Source: Nitrososphaeria archaeon (GTDB taxonomy: Archaea; Thermoproteota; Nitrososphaeria; Nitrososphaerales; JAAOZN01). From it: a stretch of 64,000 nucleotides of DNA. Positions 17,568-28,212 of this stretch are shown piece after piece. A program made the translations under genes and the position numbers. A model generated the notes under the pieces. It did not search any database and had not been told where the DNA came from. It saw nothing but the letters and a program-made list of their open reading frames with translations. Each line of letters starts with the position of its first letter. The first letter of the stretch is position 1. The DNA lies in NCBI GenBank assembly GCA_029775855.1, contig JARVJZ010000004.1, positions 128,001-192,000 on the forward strand. Direction: 5' to 3'.

Positions 17568-18029
17568 TTAATGTTTAGATACATTTATAATTTCTGCACA
17601 AATAGTGCTTTGCAAATCGCTGACCTTTATCTTCATGACAGCGTTCGGTTCACCAGCAGCAGCCCAAACTTCGCTCCATCTGAAAAGGGATACATCAAGA
17701 TAGATCTTCACTTGAGGGTTATGTGGAAACGGTGGGACACCTCCTATCACATAGCCTGTGTTTGCCTGGATGTATTCTGGGTCTGCCATTTCAACTCTTT
17801 CATTTACGATGTTTGATAGGGTGTTTAAATCGACTTTTTTGTCGCCAGAGATTACTACGACGATAGGCCTAGAGCCTTTGAAGACTATGGATTTGGCTAT
17901 CTGTGCTACTGTGCAACCTAATGCTTCTGCCGCAAGCTTGGATGTCTTTGTGCTGGAGTCTAGAACTACAATTTCAGCATTTATACCTTTCTCATCGATA
18001 AAATGCTTAACCCGGTCTATCCCCTTCAA
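17568..18029 (-). CDS. YbaK/EbsC family aminoacyl-tRNA deacylase
   Basis: AAEALG, QIAKSIV, TGYVIGGVPPF, WAAAG. Confidence 0.9.
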   Translation of the reverse strand: MKGIDRVKHFIDEKGINAEIVVLDSSTKTSKLAAEALGCTVAQIAKSIVFKGSRPIVVVISGDKKVDLNTLSNIVNERVEMADPEYIQANTGYVIGGVPPFPHNPQVKIYLDVSLFRWSEVWAAAGEPNAVMKIKVSDLQSTICAEIINVSKH

Positions 18030-18039
18030 TTCTTCATCA

Positions 18040-18744
18040 TTATTTTAGACCTAAGTAGAGCTTGCCCAACTCTGGATGTGATAGGAGTTCTTGGCTTGAG
18101 CCTTTAAAAGCCACCCTTCCACTAACTAGCAGATACGCTTGTTCACCTAATTCAAGCGCCTTTTTGGCATTTTGCTCCACCAAGATTATTGTCATATCTC
18201 TATTCTCTCTTAGCTCAACTATCTTGTCTAGGACTTCAGCGGATATCTTTGGTGAAAGGTTTGCAGTCGGTTCGTCAAACAACATTATTTGTGGGTTTCT
18301 TATTAGAGCCATAGCCATAGCTAGCATCTGCTTCTCTCCACCACTTAGCGTGCTAGCTTTCCGATCTAGGTAGGTCTTTAATACGGGGAAGAAGTTGAGG
18401 CTTTCTTCTACTCTATCTTTTAGTTCTTCGCCGCATCTATAGCCAGCCATAAGCAGATTCTCTCTCACTTTTAGAGTGTTGAATACGTTGTTGGTCTGTG
18501 GCAGATATGCTACTCCTTTTTCAGCTATCTTATGTGGCGGTAATCCGTTCAACTCGTATCCATTATATTTGATTTCGCCTGAAAAGATGGTTGTTAATCC
18601 GAAGATGGTTTTTAGTAATGTGCTTTTCCCGCTACCATTTGGTCCAACGATGACGGATATGCTTCTTCTTTGCACATCTAAGTTGATGTCATAGAGAACT
18701 TGAAGCCGACCGTATCCGGCAGAGAGGTTTTTGATGCTCAACAT
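18040..18744 (-). CDS. livF: Branched-chain amino acid ABC transporter ATPase
   Basis: GPNGSGKST, LSGGEKQML, DEPT, VEQN. Confidence 0.9.
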   Translation of the reverse strand: MLSIKNLSAGYGRLQVLYDINLDVQRRSISVIVGPNGSGKSTLLKTIFGLTTIFSGEIKYNGYELNGLPPHKIAEKGVAYLPQTNNVFNTLKVRENLLMAGYRCGEELKDRVEESLNFFPVLKTYLDRKASTLSGGEKQMLAMAMALIRNPQIMLFDEPTANLSPKISAEVLDKIVELRENRDMTIILVEQNAKKALELGEQAYLLVSGRVAFKGSSQELLSHPELGKLYLGLK

Positions 18745-18746
18745 AC

Positions 18747-19505
18747 TTATCCACCTAGGTAGGCGCTTATGACTTGCGAGTCTCGCATCACCTTCTCTTT
18801 TTCCCCTTGCGTTATAAGTTTACCGTATGCTAGGACGTAGACGTAATCTACATACGGTAAGGCTAGATCAAGTCTATGTTCTATGATCAAGAATGTCAGC
18901 CCTAGCTTATCTCTTAGATTAAGTATGTATGTGAAAATCTCATGCGCTAAGGTTGGGTTTACACCAGATATGGGTTCATCTAGTAAGATCATCTTCGCAT
19001 CACTCATTAGGCTTCTCCCTATTTCAAGTAGCTTCATCTGCCCACCACTCAGCTTCGAAGCCCTAAGGTCCCAAAGGTGATCTATCTTTAGGAGCTGTAG
19101 TATCTTTAACGCTTTATCTAGATTCTCCTCTTCATCTTTGAGCCAAGAACCCGTGAAAGGCGCCTTTAGAAAGCTTTCACCTCTGTTTACCTTAGAGGCT
19201 ACGAGCAGATTCTCCAGCACAGTCAATCTTGTGAATAGGGATGGTATTTGGAAGGTTCTTACTAATCCGAGTTTGTATATTTGATGTGGTGGTAGGGCGG
19301 TTATGTCTCTGCCGTTGAAGTAGATCTTACCTTCATCAGGCGCATAGAAGCCAGAAACCACATTTATTAAAGTGGTCTTCCCGCTGCCGTTAGGCCCGAT
19401 CATCAACGCAACTTGCTTCTCATTTACCTTTACGTTCACACGGTCTAGTGCTTTGACTCCTCCGAAGCTCTTTGAGACTGATTGTATGTCGAGGAGAGTG
19501 TTCAT
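18747..19505 (-). CDS. livG: Branched-chain amino acid ABC transporter ATPase
   Basis: FGGVKAL, GPNGSGKTT, RTFQ, LDEP, IEH, VISAYLG. Confidence 0.9.
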   Translation of the reverse strand: MNTLLDIQSVSKSFGGVKALDRVNVKVNEKQVALMIGPNGSGKTTLINVVSGFYAPDEGKIYFNGRDITALPPHQIYKLGLVRTFQIPSLFTRLTVLENLLVASKVNRGESFLKAPFTGSWLKDEEENLDKALKILQLLKIDHLWDLRASKLSGGQMKLLEIGRSLMSDAKMILLDEPISGVNPTLAHEIFTYILNLRDKLGLTFLIIEHRLDLALPYVDYVYVLAYGKLITQGEKEKVMRDSQVISAYLGG

Positions 19506-19538
19506 GCCCCAAAAAATAGGGGATGGGTGTTCGATATT

Positions 19539-20906
19539 TTAGGTTGGCTGTAGCCATGTTATAGAGTCGGATGCAAAGTTGTAGACCGCTGCTTTAACCC
19601 AGTCGTAGGTGCCTTGAGGTGTCTTTGCTACGCCCCAGATGTCATAGTCTCCGCCAGCCCTATCTCCCGCCTCATTAAGCAGTGTCCAGCCGCTCGCGCC
19701 GAAGTAGTTTGCGCAGATAGAAGGATAGATTTGCTTGATGGCGGTTGCATCGTATACTCCTGTTACAGATATTGCGATGGCTAGTGTCCAAGCTATGTCA
19801 TATATGGTGTAGGAGTAAATTTCTGGGTCTTCACCTATCGCTGCTTTTACCTGTGACCTTAGCTTCTCGTATTTTGGTGATGAAGTCGCTGCGAAGATTG
19901 TGCTGTAGAGCTTAATCTTCTCAGCTATAGGACCTGCGTCTGAGACTACTCTGCTGTTTTGAGCTGTGCCATCGGTCCCATACCAAGTTACATTTACTAG
20001 GTTGGGATAGTCTTTTGCTTGGAGCAGTATTAGAGCCGCTTCGTCAAATGAAATGTCAAGGAGAGCAACCTTAGCAGCACCGTAGCTCTTTATCCAATCA
20101 CCTATCTTTGTGTTTGCGCTGCTTAGCTCTGCTGAGAAGTCCTTTGCATCAGGGTTGTATCTAATAGGCACAACTTCACCACCTACCTTGCTGAATTCCC
20201 TTGCAAAAGCGTCTTGAAGCCCATCACCCCAAGCGTCACCTCTATAGAGCACAACAACGTGACTTACGCCAGCGCTTGAGAGCAACTTTGAGAGAGCTTT
20301 ACCTTGGAAGTTATCATCAGGCACAAGTCTGAATACATAGTCATCAGGTATTGCTAGAGCTGGTGCAGTAGAAGATTGGCTTACAACCAAAATTCTGTTA
20401 GAGTCAGCATACCCCTTTATGTTTCTCAGCTCACCACTAGATAGAGGGCCGATAACAAGCTTTACACCCCTTGCTGCTAAGGACTGAAGCTTCTGTAGAG
20501 CTACTGCTGGTTGTGTTGCGGTATCTTCTTCGATGATCTTGAATGTCCAACTCTGCCCAGATAGTTTAAGCCAGTCGTTTATCTCTTTTTCAGCTATCTT
20601 TAGGGATGTTGACTCCCTTTTGCCGAAGCTTGCTAAGTCTCCGCTTAAACTCATTAAAGCTCCTACCGCAATTTCGCCGCTTAGCCTAGCGCCAGGCGCT
20701 GTTACAGTTGTTGTTACTGTTGTCGGAGCAGCTGTTACCGTTGTTGCTGTTGTCTGTGTTGTAGTTCTGACTTCGGTTACTGTGCTAATGACTGGTGGAG
20801 TGGATGAGCCTACAAGATATCCTCCAGCTGCGCCTATTATTAAGCCAACGATTAGTAATACAGCCGCTATTGCTGAAGAAACACCTAACCTTTTTCTGAT
20901 ACGCAT
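19539..20906 (-). CDS. Branched-chain amino acid ABC transporter substrate-binding protein (LivJ/K-like)
   Basis: Class III-like signal (KRLG/VS), Thr linker, LSGDL, IGPLSS, SSTAPAL, FRLVPDD. Confidence 0.88.
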   Translation of the reverse strand: MRIRKRLGVSSAIAAVLLIVGLIIGAAGGYLVGSSTPPVISTVTEVRTTTQTTATTVTAAPTTVTTTVTAPGARLSGEIAVGALMSLSGDLASFGKRESTSLKIAEKEINDWLKLSGQSWTFKIIEEDTATQPAVALQKLQSLAARGVKLVIGPLSSGELRNIKGYADSNRILVVSQSSTAPALAIPDDYVFRLVPDDNFQGKALSKLLSSAGVSHVVVLYRGDAWGDGLQDAFAREFSKVGGEVVPIRYNPDAKDFSAELSSANTKIGDWIKSYGAAKVALLDISFDEAALILLQAKDYPNLVNVTWYGTDGTAQNSRVVSDAGPIAEKIKLYSTIFAATSSPKYEKLRSQVKAAIGEDPEIYSYTIYDIAWTLAIAISVTGVYDATAIKQIYPSICANYFGASGWTLLNEAGDRAGGDYDIWGVAKTPQGTYDWVKAAVYNFASDSITWLQPT

Positions 20907-20991
20907 AAAGGTTGTATCTATGCGTTGGATTTATAAAGCTTATCTTCTAGATATCGATAAATGATTAAGAGATGGCTGGTGATGCTTTAGT

Positions 20992-21927
20992 TTGATTGAT
21001 CCTCTTCTTAGAAATGCAATAATCTTTGCTAATATGCTTACTTTGATGAGTATAGGTTTGACCCTAACTTATATGACGACAAAGGTTCCTAACTTTGCTC
21101 ACGGCACCTTAGTGACTGTAGGGATCTATGTGTCGATGACTGCAGGTCAGATCTTTAACTTGACGCCTTACCTTGCTCTTCCGTTCTCCTTTGTTTTAGG
21201 TGGTTTTACGGCAGTCGTCATCTACCTGCTAGTTTTGAGACCGCAGATGAAGCGTGGCGCTTCGATTGTGGGGCTTATGGTTGCCACATTAGCTATTGAT
21301 GTCTTCTTCATAGGTGTGCTCAACATATATGCAGATAGTGTGCAGCGTATCTCTAAGGTTGTGACACGCTACTTTATTTTGAGGAGATTTGACTTTACAT
21401 TTGCTGACCAGCCAGGTATCTTTTTTGTGCTTCCAAGTTTGGTTGTATGTTCGGTTGTGCTTCTTTATATTCTTCTCACACGCACAAAGTTTGGTATAGC
21501 TATGAGAGCGGTAGTTGAAGATGCGTCTCTTGCGGGGGTTCTTGGAATAAACGTGAATAAAGTGTATCTTGTTTCGTGGTTTATAGCAGGAGGGCTGGCT
21601 TCGCTTGCTGGTGCTCTTTTACCACTCTGGCTTCAAGGTTCAACTGACACAGGCACAAGGATGATAGTTAGTATCTTTTCTGCCAGCATATTAGGCGGGC
21701 TTCTTAACATATATGGCGCGGTCTTAGGTGGGCTGCTTGTCGGTTTGGTTGAGGTTCTTGGAACCAATCTACTTGCGCAAATATTTGGAGTCTGGATTAT
21801 ACCGTATAGACCAGCCCTACCTCTAGCAATTATGGTTGTTACTCTACTAGTAGCACCTATGGGTTTAGCTAGTATAAGAAGGTCAGAACTAAGAGCGGTA
21901 AAGAGGAGGGGAAGAAGTTGGCTCTAG
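20992..21927 (+). CDS. livH: Branched-chain amino acid ABC transporter permease
   Basis: GLTLTY, NFAHG, TKFGIAMRA, ILGG. Confidence 0.88.
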   Translation: MIDPLLRNAIIFANMLTLMSIGLTLTYMTTKVPNFAHGTLVTVGIYVSMTAGQIFNLTPYLALPFSFVLGGFTAVVIYLLVLRPQMKRGASIVGLMVATLAIDVFFIGVLNIYADSVQRISKVVTRYFILRRFDFTFADQPGIFFVLPSLVVCSVVLLYILLTRTKFGIAMRAVVEDASLAGVLGINVNKVYLVSWFIAGGLASLAGALLPLWLQGSTDTGTRMIVSIFSASILGGLLNIYGAVLGGLLVGLVEVLGTNLLAQIFGVWIIPYRPALPLAIMVVTLLVAPMGLASIRRSELRAVKRRGRSWL

Positions 21928-22991
21928 CGTTATTTGCACAGTTTATTGTGGATCTGCTGGCCTTCTTCGCTGTCTACATGATCCTATCTGTGAGTCTAAA
22001 TCTTGAATTTGGATATACAGGTGTCCCTAACTTCGGTAAGGTTCTTCTTGTAGCTGGAGGAGCGTATGTAGTAGCAGCATTCTCAGGTAGGTTCTCTCAG
22101 CTACTACTTAATGTAGCGGTAGATAAGGACTTTATCAAGGATAATGCTGCGGTTATGGCTGCGGTTAACTCGGCTTTCTCTCAAGACATCGTTGCAGCCC
22201 TCATAGTCTTCTTCGCTACAATAGTCCTAGCAGCTTTTGTGGGTGGGGCTTTAGGGTATTTGGCTTCATACCCTGCGGTTAGACTGAGAGAAGACTACCT
22301 TGGTATGACGCTCTTAGCCATAGGTGAAATATCACGGGTTATCGGTCAGAACTATGAGCCTATAGCTGGTGGAACATTGGGTGTGCAGGTGCCAGATCCC
22401 TTTGCTTGGGCTGGTGAGGTTAGGTTCTTAGCATTTACTTTGATCTTACTCGCCTTTGCGGGCTTGATCTATCTTTATGCTGAGAGGATAGCTCGTTCGC
22501 CTTTAGGTAGGCTGCTGCGCTCGATTAGAGATAATGAACTTTCTGCTGAGGCGCTAGGCAAAGATGCTACAAAAGTTAGGATAAAGATACTTATTGTAGG
22601 TTCTGCTATCGCTGGTGTAGCTGGTGCGCTCTATTCGTTCTATGCTGGAGGCGTGGTTGCTACAGCATTTAATAGAGTGGATTGGACTTTTTGGCCTTGG
22701 CTTATACTAATAATTGGTGGTGCTGCAAATAATGTGGGTGTAGCGTTTGGTTCATTCATCTTCATCACAGCGAGAAGGGTTATCGAGTTTTACAAAGATT
22801 CATTCACATTTTTACCCTTCGATGCGGTTTGGCTTGAATACCTTCTTCTCGGCTCAATCCTTATACTTGTGCTCATCTATAGACCTGAGGGGCTTATACC
22901 TGAGAAGGCTACACCAACTATCAGCAACAAGCGTCTTAAAGCCCTTATAAAGAAGGTTAAAGATGAAGCTGCTCACAAAGATAATGTTTAG
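21918..22991 (+). CDS. livM: Branched-chain amino acid ABC transporter permease
   Basis: SLNLEFGYTG, RLREDYL, SPLGRLLRSIRDNE, RPEGL. Confidence 0.88.
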   Translation: MALALFAQFIVDLLAFFAVYMILSVSLNLEFGYTGVPNFGKVLLVAGGAYVVAAFSGRFSQLLLNVAVDKDFIKDNAAVMAAVNSAFSQDIVAALIVFFATIVLAAFVGGALGYLASYPAVRLREDYLGMTLLAIGEISRVIGQNYEPIAGGTLGVQVPDPFAWAGEVRFLAFTLILLAFAGLIYLYAERIARSPLGRLLRSIRDNELSAEALGKDATKVRIKILIVGSAIAGVAGALYSFYAGGVVATAFNRVDWTFWPWLILIIGGAANNVGVAFGSFIFITARRVIEFYKDSFTFLPFDAVWLEYLLLGSILILVLIYRPEGLIPEKATPTISNKRLKALIKKVKDEAAHKDNV

Positions 22992-23024
22992 AAAGGTGGT
23001 CTAGATAGGTCTGTTGGTTGTGCA

Positions 23025-23573
23025 TTGGTTGTAGTTATTGCTGTAGTGGGTGGTAAAAAGTCTGGTAAGACTTGGACCATGGAGTATCTTATCTCTAGGC
23101 TCTCTGCCCTAAATTTTAAGGTGGCTGCTGTAAAACATATTCACGAAGAAGGAATTACAATAGACACCGCTGGCAAAGATACTTGGAGGTTCGCAAAGGC
23201 TGGTGCAAAAGTAGTCCTAAGTGCATCTCCAGATGAGTTAGCCTTGATCAAAAAGGCTAAGATGTATTACAGCAACTTGGATAACATTTTGGATTATTTA
23301 AAGGGTGAAGATTTGGACTTCATATTCGTCGAAGGATTTCATTCACTTGCAGCGAAAAGAATGGATGTATATAAGATCATAACCGCAAAAGATTTAGATG
23401 ATTTAAACAGACTTCTTGTAGGCACAGAGCCCCCTATACTTGCTGCAACAGGCGTAATAGGTCAGAGCGTAAGCCAAACTTCAGCATCCGACATACCGAT
23501 AATTAACCTTATGGTGAATGGAGAAGCACTAGTTGATATGGTTAGGCGGCTTGCTGTTAGAGGCAAACATTAA
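23025..23573 (+). CDS. mobB: Molybdopterin-guanine dinucleotide biosynthesis protein B
   Basis: VGGKKSGKT, VKH, GKDTWRF, VEGF. Confidence 0.88.
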   Translation: MVVVIAVVGGKKSGKTWTMEYLISRLSALNFKVAAVKHIHEEGITIDTAGKDTWRFAKAGAKVVLSASPDELALIKKAKMYYSNLDNILDYLKGEDLDFIFVEGFHSLAAKRMDVYKIITAKDLDDLNRLLVGTEPPILAATGVIGQSVSQTSASDIPIINLMVNGEALVDMVRRLAVRGKH

Positions 23574-24289
23574 GCTTTGAGCACTTCTACTCCACTTATA
23601 ACCTCTTCTTCGTTGGCCTCAATAACCTCCTCAGCGTTGTTGAACTTTGTTGACTGGGCGAGCTTAACTCTAACACTGCAGCCCTTATAAGTGAAGGTCG
23701 CTGTATCATCTATAGGCTCTACAGCACGAAACCTCTTATTTGTAGCACCCATAGGAGCTTGGATGCCGTCTGCTATACAACCTTTAGCAGATACTATAAC
23801 CTTAAGCTCTCTATCTCTTGGATAGCAACCTAGTTCACTTACCGCCCTGTAGAGCATTCTTACACCTATGGCAACACCAGCACATAGATCGCCGTGAAAG
23901 TGTTCAGCTTCCTTTAACATAGATTTAAGCATCACCGTCTTTGGTGTGCTGCTGAATTTAGTTGCGTCATTTGGCGTTGAAGCGCTATATATGCAATCAT
24001 CTGCTGTATGATATGGCTGGATATGTAATATATTGGTAGGCTTCTTTATATTATTTGTTCTAACTTTGATTTCTACACCCTCTTTGCTAATAACTTTAGC
24101 GACATAAGCTACCGTGCTCCTACTTCTTTTCGAGTAAGCTACGAGGATTATGTGTGAGAAGCCTTTAATCTTCTCGATTATTCCTTCGGGGTCTTCAAAC
24201 AACCTGATCTTAACTAGACCATTGAGAAACGATTGAGCGCCCTCTGTTAAAGGTTCTGCTTGTGCTATCCATTTAACCTTTAAATACAT
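23570..24289 (-). CDS. Degenerate TrmO/TsaA-like domain fused to an FmdE-like domain
   Basis: N-terminal IKGFSHIIL and ILHIQPY; C-terminal FHGDLCAG ... CIADGIQ. Confidence 0.65.
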   Translation of the reverse strand: MYLKVKWIAQAEPLTEGAQSFLNGLVKIRLFEDPEGIIEKIKGFSHIILVAYSKRSRSTVAYVAKVISKEGVEIKVRTNNIKKPTNILHIQPYHTADDCIYSASTPNDATKFSSTPKTVMLKSMLKEAEHFHGDLCAGVAIGVRMLYRAVSELGCYPRDRELKVIVSAKGCIADGIQAPMGATNKRFRAVEPIDDTATFTYKGCSVRVKLAQSTKFNNAEEVIEANEEEVISGVEVLKA

Positions 24290-24323
24290 AGTTGGTTACT
24301 TGCTCATCTTAGCTAAATAAAGG

Positions 24324-24890
24324 TTAAACAAATCGCTCTTCTTCACCGACGATCTTCGTGAAGTTGGAGAGTATCTTTGACCCATCTCTACTACATTCAG
24401 GGTGGAATTGAACGCCATAAAACATCAACTCTTCATGCCCAATTATTTCGTTTTCACAGTTTTCGGAATAACCTAACGTCTTGAAGCCATTTGGTAGGCG
24501 AGATATGTTGAAGATGTGCGATTCAAATACTTTAAGCCTTGAATACGGTTCGGTCAATATATTTGGCTTCCTCACATATACGGTTTGATAGCCATAGACT
24601 TTTTGACCTAACCTAGTGAGCGCCCCACCCATAGCTAGAGATAAGATTTCAGCGCCATAGCATATTCCTAGTAGCGGTTTATGCTTTACTAGAGCTTGTT
24701 TAATCACCTTTATGTTTGCTCGGTTGATTTCGTCTGAAGCTGATCTGCGTCCAGTTAAGATAATGCCTCTATAGTCATCTAGTTTGATTGGTTGGTCATA
24801 TCGGATTATTTGATATGCAGCTCTAAGCTTCTCCAAGCTATCCACCAACTCTGGGAGTGTTGTTGAGTCGTTGTCTAGTATGAGCAGCAT
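24324..24890 (-). CDS. Class I glutamine amidotransferase (GMP synthase subunit A-like)
   Basis: PLLGICYG, ESH, GVQFHPE triad. Confidence 0.88.
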   Translation of the reverse strand: MLLILDNDSTTLPELVDSLEKLRAAYQIIRYDQPIKLDDYRGIILTGRRSASDEINRANIKVIKQALVKHKPLLGICYGAEILSLAMGGALTRLGQKVYGYQTVYVRKPNILTEPYSRLKVFESHIFNISRLPNGFKTLGYSENCENEIIGHEELMFYGVQFHPECSRDGSKILSNFTKIVGEEERFV

Positions 24891-24947
24891 CCTTCAGCCT
24901 ATAACCAACACCCTTTATATTCATCTTCTCCCAGCTTAGTTAAGTAC

Positions 24948-25724
24948 TTGCTCAGTAAAGATGAGTTATTTGATGTTAGTGGTAGAGTTGCAGTAGTAAC
25001 TGGAGCAGCTGGCACATTAGGCTATGCTTTCGCAGAAGCTTTAGCTTCGAGAGGCGCAAAAGTCTTTTTAACAGATAGAAGAGCTGAAGACCTTAGGAAA
25101 GTAGCATTAGACCTCAGTGGTAAAGGCTTAAATGTTGATTGGCTTGAAGCCGATTTAACCAGAGAAGAAGATGTAGACCGAGCCTTTAACAAATGTGAAT
25201 CAACTCTGGGGCATCCAAATGTGCTTGTTAACAGCATCGGCGACTCGATTTACAAACCAACCTTAGACCTCTCTCTCGCAGAGTGGAACAGAGTAATCAA
25301 CGTGAACCTAACCGCAGCATTCCTATGCTCAAAAAGAGCGGCAAAAAGCATGATAGAAGCAAGCATAAGAGGAAAGATAATACACATAGCCTCAATCTAC
25401 GGACTACGAGCAGACCGCTTCCCTATAGCAGCCTACTACTCTTCTAAGGCTGGGCTTGTGAACTTGACCAAAGCACTTGCAGTCGAATGGGCAAGATATG
25501 GTATAAATGTGAATGCAATCGCACCATCATTTTTTGCTAGTAGATTGACTAAAGTTATTCTTGAAGACACTAAGAGTAGAGAGCATCTGCTCAACCATAC
25601 ACCACTAAGGAGACTTGCTGAGCCTCAAGATCTAGTAGGCGCATTAATCTTCTTGGCGTCTCCAGCATCAGACTACGTGACGGGGCAGGTTATCGTTGTT
25701 GATGGCGGTTGGTCTTCTTGGTAA
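24948..25724 (+). CDS. Short-chain dehydrogenase/reductase
   Basis: TGAAGTLG, YYSSK, VNAIAP, DGG. Confidence 0.92.
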   Translation: MLSKDELFDVSGRVAVVTGAAGTLGYAFAEALASRGAKVFLTDRRAEDLRKVALDLSGKGLNVDWLEADLTREEDVDRAFNKCESTLGHPNVLVNSIGDSIYKPTLDLSLAEWNRVINVNLTAAFLCSKRAAKSMIEASIRGKIIHIASIYGLRADRFPIAAYYSSKAGLVNLTKALAVEWARYGINVNAIAPSFFASRLTKVILEDTKSREHLLNHTPLRRLAEPQDLVGALIFLASPASDYVTGQVIVVDGGWSSW

Positions 25725-27884
25725 TCAGTCGCCACAGTAGTTGAATTCCGCTACTTCTCTAATCTTAGATGCTGTCTTATCTCCTATTCCCTCAACCGTC
25801 TTTAATTCATCTAAGCTTGCTGAGAAGACCCCCTTAACGTTCTTAAAGTGTTTGAGAAGCCTATCAGCCAAGATAGCATCAATACCCGGCACACCAGCAA
25901 CAACATACTTCTGAATCTCTGGTGTAGTTAATGGTTTTCTGCCCTCCCTAACTCTTACAGCCTTTCTTCCCTCCTCTTGCTCCCTTTTAGCTATATAGTA
26001 GATAATTACAGCTGTCTCTTCATCGTCTTCTGACGTATATATTGGGATGTAAAAGTCTGTTAATGCACTCGCGAGTGAAGAGTAGAAGGCTGGTAGCCCT
26101 ATGCTGGCGCCCTTCTTTCTACTGCCTTGCACGATGAGCAGCGGCTTTGGATACTTATTCTTCATTGCTACCAGTTGGCTGAAGAGCCTGTTATCCATAA
26201 GCGACTTGATGTAGTCTTCAACGGTCTTTCGTTCAACAACAATATCCTCACTCAAGACGAAGTCTCCTATGTCTAGTTGCTCAATGTGGACTTCTGCACC
26301 CATCCTCTCCAGACAATCTACGAGAGATCTTGACTCACGCGTGTCAACATATATTATTGGACCCTTTGTGGGTTTTAAGTATGTGTCTAGGATTTGAGCT
26401 TCTTTCTTAACCTTAAGCTCTTCAATCACTTGCTTTGCTTCCCTCAACCTTTTCTTAGCCAGCCAATAGTATGCTTCATCTCTTGTTCCTTTAACTAAGA
26501 ATGCCACTACTCTACCCGGCGCTCTTCTTCCTGTTCTTCCTCTTCGCTGAACAAAGCGTATCGCGCTAGGCACGTTGTCGTAAAAGACTACCAGCCTACA
26601 TTCAGCTATGTCTAGACCCTCTTCGCCAACTTGTGTTGATATAAGTATGTCAAATTCTCCTCTTCTCATCTCCTCAAGCACCGCTACTTGCTCCTTTTGT
26701 GTAAGACCGCCGCTTCCTCGCTTTCCCACTAAGATTCTTGCTCTTAGACGCTCTGAAGCCAGCTTCTTATAGATCTCTTGAACTGAGGCTCTGTAGCTAG
26801 TGAATACGATAGCCTTTTCTCCTGGAGGTAGGGTTTTAAGCACCTTGATCAGCTCCTCAAGCTTAGGGTGCTCGACCCCTAACTCGAGTGTACCCTTGGC
26901 TATTTCATATGCAGTCCTCAGATGCTCGTTTTGCAGAAGTTCTTTTAACCCTATGCCTTTACCTCTACTTAAGAGCCGCTCCATAAACTGAGTGAATGAT
27001 GCTACTGTCTGAGTCTCTATTAGCCCAAGCATCATGGTTAACCTAATTAGAGAGAAGAGCGCGCTCCGTGCAGCAGGATTTGCTGAATACTCCGGCTTAG
27101 CCCTCAACTCAATTAGATGCTTCATCTTAGGCTGAACACCTATTTCTCCTAAACCAAGTGCAGCAAGCCTACTCACATAGTCTTTTATTGCTTCAAGCAG
27201 TTCACTTCTTATTCTATTCAAGAGAGGGTTAAGTTGAACTTCAATCCATTCGATAGAGGTCTTTTGCACATACCGCGCTATCTGCTCACTATCTTCCCTC
27301 TTCGCCTCCACTCGATTTAGCTTGAGGTTCCTCAGAATCTCCTCTACCTTCTCTTTTTCTGCTGGTAGTGATGCTGTCATCCCAAGCCTCTTTACATTAG
27401 GGTTTTCACCCATTTTCATACTAACCAAAGTGTAAGCGTAGGCTCCAACAGACCTATGCGCTTCGTCAAATATTATGAGTGAAAACTGTTTGGGATCTAT
27501 CAGCCCACGCTCCAAATCAGCAGCCATTATTTGAGGGGTTGCGCAAACCACACGCTTAGACCAAGCAAGCACTCTATCATTTAACTTCATCTCACCAGTT
27601 ACAACAGAAATATCCTCTGAAGATATATCCAACATCCTAGAAAGGAAAGCCTCGTGCTGAGAAGCCAAGACCCTAGTTGGTGTAAGCAAGACGCACTTCT
27701 TATCAGGATACCTATAGAGCATCTCAGCAATTAGAAGGAGAGCTACAGCTGTCTTGCCTAATCCTGTGGGAAGCACGATGAGAAGGTCTTCTTCTAAGCA
27801 GAGTCTAAATAGGTCTAACTGATAATCTCTTTTCTCAAGCGTCTGGCTTTTTAGTAGAGGGTGGCTTACCCACTCCATAGGCAA
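25725..27884 (-). CDS. hef: Hef helicase/nuclease (DEAH helicase + ERCC4 + HhH)
   Basis: PTGLGKT, DEAH, TAS, QRRGRTGR; GDF, VERKT; C-terminal GIG HhH motif. Confidence 0.92.
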   Translation of the reverse strand: MPMEWVSHPLLKSQTLEKRDYQLDLFRLCLEEDLLIVLPTGLGKTAVALLLIAEMLYRYPDKKCVLLTPTRVLASQHEAFLSRMLDISSEDISVVTGEMKLNDRVLAWSKRVVCATPQIMAADLERGLIDPKQFSLIIFDEAHRSVGAYAYTLVSMKMGENPNVKRLGMTASLPAEKEKVEEILRNLKLNRVEAKREDSEQIARYVQKTSIEWIEVQLNPLLNRIRSELLEAIKDYVSRLAALGLGEIGVQPKMKHLIELRAKPEYSANPAARSALFSLIRLTMMLGLIETQTVASFTQFMERLLSRGKGIGLKELLQNEHLRTAYEIAKGTLELGVEHPKLEELIKVLKTLPPGEKAIVFTSYRASVQEIYKKLASERLRARILVGKRGSGGLTQKEQVAVLEEMRRGEFDILISTQVGEEGLDIAECRLVVFYDNVPSAIRFVQRRGRTGRRAPGRVVAFLVKGTRDEAYYWLAKKRLREAKQVIEELKVKKEAQILDTYLKPTKGPIIYVDTRESRSLVDCLERMGAEVHIEQLDIGDFVLSEDIVVERKTVEDYIKSLMDNRLFSQLVAMKNKYPKPLLIVQGSRKKGASIGLPAFYSSLASALTDFYIPIYTSEDDEETAVIIYYIAKREQEEGRKAVRVREGRKPLTTPEIQKYVVAGVPGIDAILADRLLKHFKNVKGVFSASLDELKTVEGIGDKTASKIREVAEFNYCGD

Positions 27885-27906
27885 GAGGAGGCTCCTTTAG
27901 CTTGCT

Positions 27907-28170
27907 TCAGCCAAACCGTCTTGTGAATTCTTCTCTGGGTATCGCAGGGAAGGTTTCGGTTGAGCATATATCTGATAAACCTACGACCACTTCGGTAACC
28001 TTTAGTTGGTCATCAGCCTCAACGTGCCAGATCACGTCGTATCTACCTAAAGTGAAGTACATGCCGTGTGGTTTGAAGCCTGGAGGTGGTTTTTCACATA
28101 GGTTGTTTAGGCGGCTTAGAGTTTCTCTCCCAACCTTGCTTCTAAACTTCATCACGATTATGAAGTCCAT
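27907..28170 (-). CDS. GYD-domain protein
   Basis: YFTLGRYDV, TETFPA. Confidence 0.8.
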   Translation of the reverse strand: MDFIIVMKFRSKVGRETLSRLNNLCEKPPPGFKPHGMYFTLGRYDVIWHVEADDQLKVTEVVVGLSDICSTETFPAIPREEFTRRFG

Positions 28171-28212
28171 ACTTACTGTTGCAGGGCTAGAACTATTTAT
28201 ATCTAATATGGG

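Noticed and set aside
18040-22991. Divergent split of the liv transporter genes
   Set aside because: A complete, ordinary transporter set; the arrangement alone is not remarkable.
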